DNA of 64,000 bases from Rhizophagus irregularis. Lineage: Eukaryota. The notes below the pieces were generated by a model that worked only from the letters and a program-made list of their open reading frames with translations, was not told the DNA's origin and did no database searches. Location: assembly GCF_026210795.1 (NCBI RefSeq), contig NC_089432.1, positions 4,898,001 to 4,962,000 on the forward strand, given 5' to 3'. A program made the translations under genes and the position numbers. Positions 14,002 to 24,411 of the stretch are shown piece after piece. Each line of letters begins with the position of its first letter. Positions within the stretch are counted from its first letter, which is position 1.

Positions 14002-14607
14002 CTACACTCGGGGGAATTAAAGAATATTAATCAGAAAGAAGAAAAATCACAAGCAACAAGATGTAATATAATAATTGAGGGAAAAATGATCAGAGCATTA
14101 GTTGATACAGGAGCAGGACCTTCAGTAATAACGAATGAATTGAGAAAGGAATTAAATATACCAATAATGAAGAAAAGTGATGTTGTATTGACAATAGCGG
14201 ATGGAAATAACATAGCTTCATTAGGAAGAGTGGAAATTAGAATAGAAATTGACGAAAATTTAGAAATACCTTTGGAGTTCGAAGTAATCGACTCGAGAAG
14301 AAAAGATTTAATATTAGGAACTGATTTATTAAGATATGGGATAATAAATATGAAAGAAGGTCTGTTAACAATAGAATGGGATAATGGAATATATGAAATA
14401 CCAATTGATTTTAGAGGAAAGAAAAATGTTGAATTTGAGGAGTCAGGGAATAGGGGTGAATTTAATGGAGATCCAAAGAATATAGATGATATAGATGGCA
14501 ATTCTAGTGAAGAGTCAGAGGGTGAAGATGAATATGAGGAGATGGAAAAAGAAGAGTTGTTATCGATTGTAAAAACTGATAGAGAAAAGAGGGATGAGGA
14601 AAAATGA
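14002..14607 (+). CDS. Retropepsin aspartic protease, in frame with gag behind a single TGA
   Basis: ALVDTGA and LILGTDLL motifs; frame open from 14002 to ATG 14086. Confidence 0.93.
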   Translation, partial: LHSGELKNINQKEEKSQATRCNIIIEGKMIRALVDTGAGPSVITNELRKELNIPIMKKSDVVLTIADGNNIASLGRVEIRIEIDENLEIPLEFEVIDSRRKDLILGTDLLRYGIINMKEGLLTIEWDNGIYEIPIDFRGKKNVEFEESGNRGEFNGDPKNIDDIDGNSSEESEGEDEYEEMEKEELLSIVKTDREKRDEEK

Positions 14608-16937
14608 ATGGTCTTGGCTTTCTGAATGAAGGAGAGACGGTAAAGATGCTAAATGAGAGCAAAGAAGAAAAATTTGAAAAGAAAACACATCTGGGAGAAA
14701 TGAGCGATGAGGAGAGAATAGCATTTAAAAAATTGATAAGGGAATATGAAGATATATTCGAATATGACGAAGAGAAACTGGGAAGGATAAATACAGTTAA
14801 ACATGAAATAATAATTGAAGAAAATCAAGGACCAATAGCACAAAAGAGATATAAAGAAACTGATGAAAAAGGAAAGTTTATAAAGAAAGAAATTGAACAA
14901 TTGTTAAAGATGGGGAAGATAAGAGAATCATGGAGTAATTGGGCATCTCCAGTAACGTTAGCAGGAAAGAAAACTGGAAATTATAGATTTTGTATAGATT
15001 ATAGAAAGCTAAATAATGTGACAAAGTCAGATGAATATCCTTTACCCCGGATAGATGAATTGTTAGAAAAATTTAGAAAGGGAAGTTGGTTCACAAGTTT
15101 GGACTTAGCAGCAGGATATCATCAAGTAGAAATGGCAGAAGAAGATAAAGAGAAAACAGCATTCATTTGTTCACAAGGATTATATGAATACAATGTTATG
15201 CCATTTGGATTGAAGAATGCACCAGGAACATTTCAGAGATTAATGGATAAAATATTAAAAGAATATATAGGAGAATTTGTTACAGTGTATTTAGATGATA
15301 TAATGATTTATTCAGAAGATTTTGAGGAACATATAGAACATGTAGATAAAGTATTGAGTAAATTGAGAGAGAATAATATGATTGTGAAATTGAAGAAATG
15401 TCAGTTTGGATTGAGAAATATAAATTTCTTAGGGCATATAGTAGGAAGAGATGGATTGCGACCGGATAAAGAGAAAGTTGAGAAAATAGAAAATATGAGG
15501 AGGCCAAAAACTGTCACAGAAGTAAGATCATTTTTAGGATTATGTTCATATTATAGGAGATTTATGAAAGGTTTTTCGAAGATAGCAAAACCTTTGCTTA
15601 ACTTAACAAGAAAGAATGAAAAGTTTGAATGGAAAGAAGAACAACAAGAAGCATTTGACGTATTAAGGACAAAATTGACAGAAAATCCAATTTTAGTATA
15701 TCCGGATTTCAGCAGAGAATTTATATTGATAACTGATGGATCTAAGATAGGATTAGGAGCAGTGTTAGCTCAAATGAATGAAGAAAATAAAGAGGTTGTA
15801 ATAGCTTACGCAAGTAGGAGTACAGTTGGAGCAGAGAAGAATTATCCACCAACAGAATTGGAATGCTTAGCGGTATTTTGGGGAATACAACATTTTCAGA
15901 AATATTTAGTAGGAAGGAAATTTATAGTGATAACAGATCACGCAGCATTAAAAGGATTAACAGATGGAAAGGAACAAACGGGAAGGAGAGCAAGATGGGT
16001 AATGAAATTACAACAATTTGATTTTAAAATAGTACATAGAAGTGGAAAGAAAATTAAAAATGCAGATGGATTATCAAGACTGAGATTTAAAGAAAAAGAA
16101 ACAGAAAGGAACGAGAATCAAGAAATAACAAAAATAGAAAGTAATAAGGGGAAATTGAGATATATCAAATTTAGGAATAAATGGTATAATGCTAAAAGAT
16201 TCAAAGGGAGATGGGATGATGAAAAATATTTTACCGATAAAGAAGCAATACTTTTGAATTTGGAGGAAAGGACAGAAAAAGAATTATTAAAGAAATTGGG
16301 AAGAGAAAATAAGCCACAAGTTATTATAATCGACGGAGTGGATGGATTAGGAAAAACAAGTATAGTACAGAATTTGATTAAAGAGTGGGAAAAGCAAGGA
16401 TTAAAAGTAAGATTTAATACATTCAAAAGGAGAAGAAAAGACAAAGGTGAATTTCACGAATCAAAATTAGAAACAGAATGGAAATTTAGAAAGGAAGTAG
16501 TAGAACAAATAAACAGAAGAATGTTAGAATATGATGAAGATACGGATATAATAATTCTGGACAAATCGCCATATTGCGAATATTATTATCAGAAGACGAA
16601 AAGTTTCAACAGAGGATTAATTACTCCACATGGGAACCATGAGATGGAAAAAGAAATATTCAGATTAAAAGGAACAATAGATGAATCAATAGTGATATTT
16701 TTGGAAAAAGATGGCGATGTATGTTGGGAAAATTATATTGGAAGAGAAACAAAGAAAATGGAGAAATCGTCATACCCAACATTAAAGAAAAATGAATATT
16801 TGGACATGGTTAAAATGTTTAAAGAAAACCAGGATGTATACAAAGATACCAAAAGATACAGTCAAATTGAAGTTAGGAATGACGATAGTAGTTGGAGAAA
16901 AGTATATAAGGAGATAGAAAAACACCAAAGAGCTTAA
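14604..16937 (+). CDS. pol: Reverse transcriptase-RNase H fused to a C-terminal P-loop (thymidylate/deoxynucleoside kinase-like) domain
   Basis: RFCIDYRKLN, MPFGLKNAP, YLDD, TDGS, ELECLAV, TDH, NADGLSR; then VIIIDGVDGLGKT, IIILDKSPYCEYYYQ, IVIFLE. Confidence 0.95.
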   Translation: MNGLGFLNEGETVKMLNESKEEKFEKKTHLGEMSDEERIAFKKLIREYEDIFEYDEEKLGRINTVKHEIIIEENQGPIAQKRYKETDEKGKFIKKEIEQLLKMGKIRESWSNWASPVTLAGKKTGNYRFCIDYRKLNNVTKSDEYPLPRIDELLEKFRKGSWFTSLDLAAGYHQVEMAEEDKEKTAFICSQGLYEYNVMPFGLKNAPGTFQRLMDKILKEYIGEFVTVYLDDIMIYSEDFEEHIEHVDKVLSKLRENNMIVKLKKCQFGLRNINFLGHIVGRDGLRPDKEKVEKIENMRRPKTVTEVRSFLGLCSYYRRFMKGFSKIAKPLLNLTRKNEKFEWKEEQQEAFDVLRTKLTENPILVYPDFSREFILITDGSKIGLGAVLAQMNEENKEVVIAYASRSTVGAEKNYPPTELECLAVFWGIQHFQKYLVGRKFIVITDHAALKGLTDGKEQTGRRARWVMKLQQFDFKIVHRSGKKIKNADGLSRLRFKEKETERNENQEITKIESNKGKLRYIKFRNKWYNAKRFKGRWDDEKYFTDKEAILLNLEERTEKELLKKLGRENKPQVIIIDGVDGLGKTSIVQNLIKEWEKQGLKVRFNTFKRRRKDKGEFHESKLETEWKFRKEVVEQINRRMLEYDEDTDIIILDKSPYCEYYYQKTKSFNRGLITPHGNHEMEKEIFRLKGTIDESIVIFLEKDGDVCWENYIGRETKKMEKSSYPTLKKNEYLDMVKMFKENQDVYKDTKRYSQIEVRNDDSSWRKVYKEIEKHQRA

Positions 16938-16952
16938 AATTATATTTCCAAA

Positions 16953-17294
16953 ATGGTATTAGGAGATTGTTATATGAATTGGTTTCTTATCTATCGAGTA
17001 AAGGTCGATAAGATATGGAAAGTGACCATAAAAGAAGAAGAGAACGAAACAATTATCCATTTAAGGATTGAAGAAGAAGAAGACTTCATACTAGTAGATG
17101 TACACATTATAATAAGACTAAAAGAGAAAAAGGTGAAATTAATTATGGAAGATGGAAACAATATGATAATAGAAGAAAGACCAATAGAAAAAGGATTAGG
17201 ATGGGTACGATCTAAATTGATTATAGGGAATGAAAAATATATAAGAAGGATAGAAATACCAAGGATCAAAAATAAATCAAGAGATAAAAATTAA
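16953..17294 (+). CDS. Small hypothetical protein (113 aa) between pol and integrase
   Basis: ATG-initiated ORF with the element's A/G-rich coding bias; beta-strand-like I/V alternation; no family recognised. Confidence 0.5.
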   Translation: MVLGDCYMNWFLIYRVKVDKIWKVTIKEEENETIIHLRIEEEEDFILVDVHIIIRLKEKKVKLIMEDGNNMIIEERPIEKGLGWVRSKLIIGNEKYIRRIEIPRIKNKSRDKN

Positions 17295-17417
17295 AAATAT
17301 ATGGAACAGTTATCACGACGCTTTATTTTTACAACACCTTAATTTTTACAACACTTCAACCCTTTATAACATTTCAACCTTTTACAACACTTTAGCTTTT
17401 AGAATTACAACATAGAC

Positions 17418-18605
17418 ATGGAAGAGGAAGAATATAATAGGATAGCGAGGAATATCAATGACGAACGGGAATATGAAATTATAGGAGGATTAATTTACAA
17501 AATAAAAGATGAGAAAAGACTAAGAGTGATAAGAAAATACGAATTTGAAGGATTAATGTACATAGCTCATGATCATGAATTATCAGGACACTTTGGGATA
17601 GATGCAACGTATAATAGGATCAAGGATGGGTATTATTGGAAAGGGATGAGAAAAGATGTGGAAGCTTATGTCAAATCATGTAATAATTGTCAGAGAAGAG
17701 GAAAACCAATAGGAAAACATGAACTGAATGTAATCAAAGTTATAGAACCATTTTATCGAATTGGGATTGATGTAGTGGGACCATTACCAGTAACAAAGAG
17801 AAATAATAGATATATAGTTACAGCGATGGATTATTTTACAAAATGGCCTGAAGCAAAGGCATTGGAAACAGCAGATGCTAAGGAAATTGCAAGATTTATT
17901 TATGAAGATATAATATGTAGGCATGGATGTCCAAAGAAGATATTAAGTGATAGAGGGAGTCATTTCAATAATAAATTAGTGAAATCATTAATGGAGGAAT
18001 TTCAGATAAAACATAACTTTTCGACGCCTTATCATCCAAAAACTAATGGGTTAATTGAAAGATTTAATAAGACATTATGTGAATCATTAGCAAAGCTAAG
18101 TAATATCGAAGATTGGGATTTGAAAGTACCAGGAGTATTGTTCGTGTATCGAACTAAAAGGAATGATTCAACGAAAATGGAACCAGGATATTTAATATAT
18201 GGGAGACAAATGAAGACATTGTTAGATTTAGAAGATAAGGAAATTACCATGGCAGAGAGAGTTAATGGGTTGATCGAAGGATTACCAAACATTAGGAATC
18301 AAGCTAAAGAAAATGTCAGGAAATCTCAGGAAAAACAAAAATCGTACCATGATAAAAAGAATAGAATAAAGCAGAAATTACAAATCGGAGATAAAGTACT
18401 ATATTATGACGCAGCAAAAGAAAAACAATGGTCTGGAAAGTTATAAGAAAAATGGAAAGGACCTTATTATGTACATGAGATAATTTCTAAAGGATCATAC
18501 AGGATTAAAACTATGGAAGGGAAGATATTGAAAACACCAGTAAATGGTGAATTACTGAAAGAATATATTGATAGGACAAATTTTGAAGTAATAGTTCGAA
18601 TTTGA
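17418..18605 (+). CDS. Stand-alone DDE integrase (HHCC, rve core, GPY/F); in-frame TAA at 18444
   Basis: HDHELSGH..CNNC, IGIDVVGP, SDRGSHF, NGLIERFN; after TAA the frame continues EKWKGPYYVHE...VNGELLKEY to TGA 18603-18605. Confidence 0.93.
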
Positions 18606-18620
18606 TGGGACTCAAATTTT

Positions 18621-18630
18621 AGGTGGGGGG
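18621..18630 (+). promoter_or_regulatory. Polypurine tract AGGTGGGGGG
   Basis: 5 nt upstream of the 3' LTR. Confidence 0.75.
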
Positions 18631-18635
18631 CAAAC

Positions 18636-19950
18636 TGTAGCCATAGATACTGAAGTAATCGCATAATATGGAGGAATAATATGGAATAAAAGATCAAACG
18701 ATAGAAAGTCACATGATTGGACAAAATTAACCGGAAAGGATAAACTTTTAGGAGAAGGAATGATCTACATGATGTAATGTTTATTAAATGATTAACGGAG
18801 AACCAATAGATCAAGTGGGGAGTTGATCGATGTGGCTTAGTAACCAGTTTATCAAGTTCAACAATAGGAACAATTAGGAGGAGTAATCATAAGCCACAAA
18901 TGATAAATCATATAAAAAGGAAGGATAGCGAATTAAAGGAACAAAAAATAGGAACATGTAAAATATTGATGAACTGCAGCCGCAGTAGAAGAATAGCTGA
19001 CGAGACGCAGTAGAAAGGATAGCACAGCCACAAAAGATGGATCTTTACGATATAATATTTGAAAGATTATTTTATTTTAAAGAAAAGATAGCACAGCTAC
19101 AAAAGATGGATCTTTACGATATAATATTTGAAAGATTATTTTATTTTAAAGAAAAGATAGCACAGCCACAAAAGATGGATCTTTACGATATAATATTTGA
19201 AAGATTATTTTATTTTAAAGAAAAGATAGCACAGCCACAAAAGATGGATTATATCTTTACGACATAATATGCGAAAGATTATTTTAAAGAAAAGATAGCA
19301 TATTAAAATAGTATAACATATTAGAAAAGATAACATATAAAATAGCATATAAGATAGCGCATAAAAGGGAAAACATAACATAAAATATTAGAAAGAAATA
19401 AGAAGTAAGAAAAGAAAGAATAAGAAAGTTGGTTTAAATAGGAGCGGAATGGGAGGTGAATTCCACAGTCGTCAGATACGATGTAAAACTTTAAGTAAAT
19501 TAGTTAATTGTGAATTTTATGAAGAATAAATAAAATACCCTTTATATGAAAATTAATTGTTTCGATTGTTTTTGTTGCTATTTTCTTATGATGAAAAAGT
19601 AATTTTGTTTAATTAATTGTTAGTAAAGCGTAATGTTATTTTAAAGGTAATAGGTTCGCCCTAAACTTTACTGTAATGTTCGCTTAATTAATTTTAATTG
19701 GACAAATTCATGGTGAATTTAATGTCATAACGAGAATTATGAAATGAATAAAATATAAACTTTTGTAAAGAGAACTATCGTATTTTTGAAAGAAGATAAT
19801 GGATGAAATATCGTGGCGAGAGCTATCGCAATTTGAAAGTTAAGTAGTAATAAAACTAAACCAAGCAAGAATATTAATGTATTCGTGGAGAACGAATATA
19901 CATTAAAGCAGGGAAGCTTGTTTACCGCCGGGTGGCAGACGGGGGTGACA
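18636..19950 (+). repeat. 3' LTR (1315 bp; three fewer 69-bp units)
   Basis: Length difference 207 = 3 x 69. Confidence 0.97.
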
Positions 19951-20439
19951 ACGTCAAAGTTAGTAAAATAAAAAATTTTTTATAAAGAGGAAATAGAAAT
20001 AGAAAGAAGAAAATTTTTAGAAGAGTGGGAATAAAAGAGTAAAATCAAAAAAATTTTTTTTTTTTTAAGGGAGTGACGAAAAAAAATTTTTTTTTTAAAG
20101 GAGAGTGATGAAAAAGAAAAATTTTTAAAGTGAGGTACGAAAAAAAAAATTTTTTTTTAAAAGGGGGGTGACGAAAAAAGAAGAAAAATTTAGAAAAAAT
20201 AACAAAAATAAGACAAGAGAAAAGAGAAAAGAGAAGAAAAGGAAAGACAGAAAGGAAGATCAGAAGATCAAACTCATCAAAGTAAGGGTTTATATAAAAA
20301 AACAAAAATCGTATCATAACAAAACAATAAACAATCACGTGATCTCATGTTATGATACGAGATTTTTGTAAAATTATTTTCTAAAAAATTAAGTTTAAAA
20401 ATTCCGTATACATTCCGTATGATTAATTTTTTCCGTATA

Positions 20440-20867
20440 CAGTCGACTCTGGTTATAACGAACCTGTTTGTACCGAAACCTCGCTATACCGAATCATAAT
20501 TTCCAGAACTGATTTTTTATAAATAATTTCACTGGATATAACGAACTTTTATAATAAAACACTATATAACGCATCCGAACCAAACTTAACCAGCCCCTAT
20601 ATATCAGCTATATAATAACTTTATACTTTCTATAACGAACGGTCATGTGATTATATAGTAGTCCAGGCCAATTTTATAGTGCTGGCCAGAATTACTAGTA
20701 ATTTTTTCGAAAATTTATGTTAAAAGAAATTATAATTTTGGCCAGCATTACAAATTTGGCCTAAATTACCTATAAAGAAAACTAGTTCGGTATATTATAT
20801 AACGAATTCACTATATACTGAACTAAACCTCCTGGAACGGAGGGTTCGTTATATCCAGAGTTGACTG
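20440..20867. mobile_element. Tc1/pogo-type MITE (428 bp)
   Basis: 25-bp TIR CAGTCGACTCTGGTTATAACGAACC with 2 mismatches; TA on both flanks. Confidence 0.92.
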
Positions 20868-21947
20868 TACATTAGTTTTTTTAAAAAATGTTCAAAAATG
20901 AATTGCTTATTAAATATACGGAATTTGTATACGGAATCTATAGAAACGTACATAAAATGTATACAAAACGTATCCTTTCCGTATACATATTTCTTATAGG
21001 GTATATTATTAATGAAAAATTTTTATTTTAATTAAAAGGACTATATACAGTATATTACTAGATTAGAAATTAGAAACAATCGCATTAAAAAATTAACTAA
21101 TCTCAAACTCATCCCAGTCTGGTTCAATCGGGATATTGCATTTATCAGGATTTTGATGTTAGCTGTCGATATCACTATGGTTTGCCAGGATTTTTTGGAG
21201 ATCCAAACAAAAGGTGTATTTGCTGGTATTAATTATAAAAAATTATTTAAAAAAATATCAATGGTTAGTTTTTTATGAAAAGATGTTAAAAATTAAAATA
21301 TCTTGATTAAAAATTTAATATTTTCGAATATTTTGCATTAAAATCTTTAGGACAGAATATAATAAGATCCTTTAAAATTGAGTGATGATATTGCCCTATA
21401 AAAAATATGCACACTGTTTATATACTGTATATTCGCATCTTTGATACTGTTCGCAATTTTATATACTGCACATCAGTATTATGTATACTGTTCGCAAAAT
21501 GCCAATAATAAAAAATGTAACAAAGTATACGGTGAATAGACTGTATGATACGGTATTTTAATTTCATACATTTGTAACGTATATTGTATAAATATCTTTC
21601 TACTGTATATCGGTATTTTGTATACTGTTCGCAAAATATGGATACGGTATATTAAATTCATACGTCTATAACGTATCATTCATTTCTGCTATAGATACGG
21701 TATATTAAATCATACGTTTATAACGTATTTTACTGTGAATAATAGATACGGTATATTAAAATCCTTATATTCTACTACTTGATCTACCATTGCGCGAACT
21801 TTTCTTGCTATTGTTCGAAGTAGTCATCAGCAAATTTAATCGGGCATAATATTACGTAAGTTACGATGTCCGTAAATTTACGGAGTAAACATACGTAAGT
21901 TTACGGGTATCGTAAACTTCCGGAATATTATAGCATATACTTTTGCA

Positions 21948-22297
21948 AATTTTACGTACCGTAATCGTTGCGGAATATTACGCTCGAAATCCTTCGAAAA
22001 TTTACGTACCAGAATCGTTACGAAATATTACGCTCGAAATCCTTCGAAAATTTACGTACCGTAATCGTTGCGAAATATTACGCTCGAAACCTTCGAAAAT
22101 TTACGTACCGGAATCGTTACAAAATATTACGCTCGAAATCCTTCGAAAATTTACGTACCGTAATCGTTGCGAAATATTACGCTCGAAATCCTTCGAAAAT
22201 TTACGTACCGGAATCGTTACAAAATATTACGCTCGAAATCCTTCGCAAGTTTTACGTACCGGAATCGTTACGAAATATTACGCTCGAAATCCTTCGC
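21948..22297 (+). repeat. ~50-bp tandem array, 7 copies
   Basis: Unit AATTTACGTACCGGAATCGTTACGAAATATTACGCTCGAAATCCTTCGAA. Confidence 0.92.
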
Positions 22298-22299
22298 AC

Positions 22300-22370
22300 C
22301 TAGAGTTTCAAACCGGATTTATTTTTAAATCCGGATTAGATATGAATAAACCGGATGCCTTCGGATTTTT
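22300..22370 (+). mobile_element. Isolated hAT left-end fragment
   Basis: TAGAGTTTCAAACCGGATTTATTTTTAAATCCGGATTAGATATGAATAAA matches the left end of the hAT at 59270. Confidence 0.7.
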
Positions 22371-23249
22371 CAAAAAGGTTGGGACACTTAGCAAAATTTA
22401 AAGAACTCGGAAATATTCGGTAAAGTTAAAATTATACGCTAATTCTGCGGCTTATATGAAAAGTGTTATGCTCAGTTATACATGCGCCATGTTGTGCGCA
22501 TAAATCGGGTATAGTTCATGATAATCTTAATCTTTGAATCTTACCTGTCTTTACTAATAAAAAAATTTTTTTTTCAGCGAGACTTTTCCCAATTTAACAT
22601 CTAAAAAGCTTTCTGCAAGATATAAAGAACGTTTTTGTTAATGCTCCTACACGAAGACGTACACAGTTCACTTAAAAGAACATGGAATTGCATCACCACG
22701 TAAAATTCCGTTACCTAATGCAACACGGTGGAATTCTTAGTTTCGACTGATTTTTTATGCTAAAGATTATATGAAGCTGAATTGCGAGTTAATACCAGAA
22801 ATGAAAAAAATAGCGAAAATTCATGCTATTTTACAAGATAATCAACAAAGGGGTAATTACCATCAGGGTAGTAATTACTACCATTTTTCATTTTATTTCA
22901 CCTTTTTCAAAAGAATTTGTTCATACTCTCGATTTTTTCAACAAAAAAATTTGCCTATTTTCCCCTTTATTGACCACGACTTCAGCATCTTGATTCTTAC
23001 TTACAGCTAGTTTTTTGTTAATTTAGTTTTTTTTTCATATTTTTTGCTTTATTAAGCTAATTAACCAACAAAATATCACCAATAAACAAAATCAAAATAC
23101 TAGTTTATTACAAACATATTTTATAAATTTTATCACAACAAAAAATCATCGTCCCTGGTACGTATATGTGATATCTGCTTCGAATTTTACTGAATAACTA
23201 CATATGTATACTTTTTTAGTATTCGCATCAGGATTTAATCAGATTTATC

Positions 23250-24305
23250 AAAAAATTTGCCGACGGGCTTTAATTTATTGGTTTTTATATTTTATGTTTA
23301 TTTTACTGAAAATTTTTGGATACTTTTAAAATATATCGTGTTTTTCTGCGGTTTCGATCTTTGTTCCACGTACCATTTTAGACCCTGATCGATATTTGTT
23401 TCACGTACTATTTTAGACCCTGATCGATATTTGTTTCACGTACTATTTTAGACTCTAATCCACATACATTGATATTGGTTCCACGTAGGTACATTTATAA
23501 TAACCCGAGTATGATTAATACTTTTTCTTAGATTTTTTTTATATCCACATATGTAGACCCGAATCCACGTGTTCTTCTCCACATACATCGATATTGGTTC
23601 CACGTAGGTACATTTATAATAACCCGAGTATGATTAATACTTTTTCTTAGATTTTTTTTATATCCACATATGTAGACCCAAATCCACGTGTCCTTCTCCA
23701 CATACATCGATTTGATTCCACGTAGGTACAAAAAATTTGCTGACGGGCTTTAATTTATTGGTTTTTATATATTATGTTTATTTTACTGAAAATTTTTGGA
23801 TACTTTTTAAATATATCGTATTTTTCTGGGGTTTCGATCTTTGTTCCACGTACCATTTTAGACCCTGATCGATATTTGTTCCACGTACTATTTTAGACCC
23901 TGATCCACATACATTGATATTGGTTCCACGTAGGCACATTTAATAACTTCTGGGTATGATTTATACTTCTTCTTAGATTTTTTTATATCCACATATATAT
24001 TTAATAATTCGTAACCATTAGTATTGATTGAGCTCAGGGGATTGTTTTTATTTTTTATATTGGCATTAACAGGTCGCAGGAAAAATGAAAATTTTCGTAT
24101 ATTTTCAAAATTTATCGTTTTTTCCGACTTTTACAGTACTATTTTAGTCCCTGATCCACGTATGTACATTCATAATAATTCATAACCATTAAATATTATT
24201 AAGCTTTTCCACATACATCGATATTGGTTCCACGTGGATACATTTATAGCAACTTCTAAGTTTTTCCTAATTTAGATTTTTTTATATCCACGTATGTACA
24301 TTTAA
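23250..24305 (+). repeat. Complex nested direct repeats (~33-bp, ~121-bp and ~480-bp periods) rich in CCACGT
   Basis: 23250-23530 duplicated at 23730-23995; internal TTCCACGTA units. Confidence 0.85.
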
Positions 24306-24411
24306 TATTCATAAATACCGTAAAATAAAGACTTGCTCAATATTTTTTTTCGTGAGGATTCTTACCTTATCATAAATTTTATAATTCTCTATTATCATCA
24401 ACATTACAAAC

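Larger units (their letters stand above)
6846..19950 (+). mobile_element. Full-length Ty3/Gypsy LTR retrotransposon
   Basis: Near-identical TG...CA LTRs, ACGT TSD (6842-6845, 19951-19954), PBS, PPT, gag-PR-RT-RH-IN order. Confidence 0.97.
5918..21001. mobile_element. Non-autonomous CACTA-like element (CCCTATAA termini, ~1.5 kb of own sequence) hosting the Gypsy element and a MITE
   Basis: CCCTATAAAAAAA at 5918 and TTCTTATAGGG ending at 21001; TAT on both flanks (5915-5917, 21002-21004); GATACG/CGTATC subterminal motifs; same T-run/AAGGG..GACG repeats on both sides of the LTR insertion. Confidence 0.75.

Noticed and set aside
16953..17294. env gene
   Set aside because: Too short, no signal peptide or transmembrane segment, and located upstream of integrase
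10198..18814. Many minus-strand S/F/I-rich ORFs
   Set aside because: Antisense shadows of A/G-rich retrotransposon coding sequence
21943..22401. Repetitive ORFs
   Set aside because: Translations of the 50-bp array
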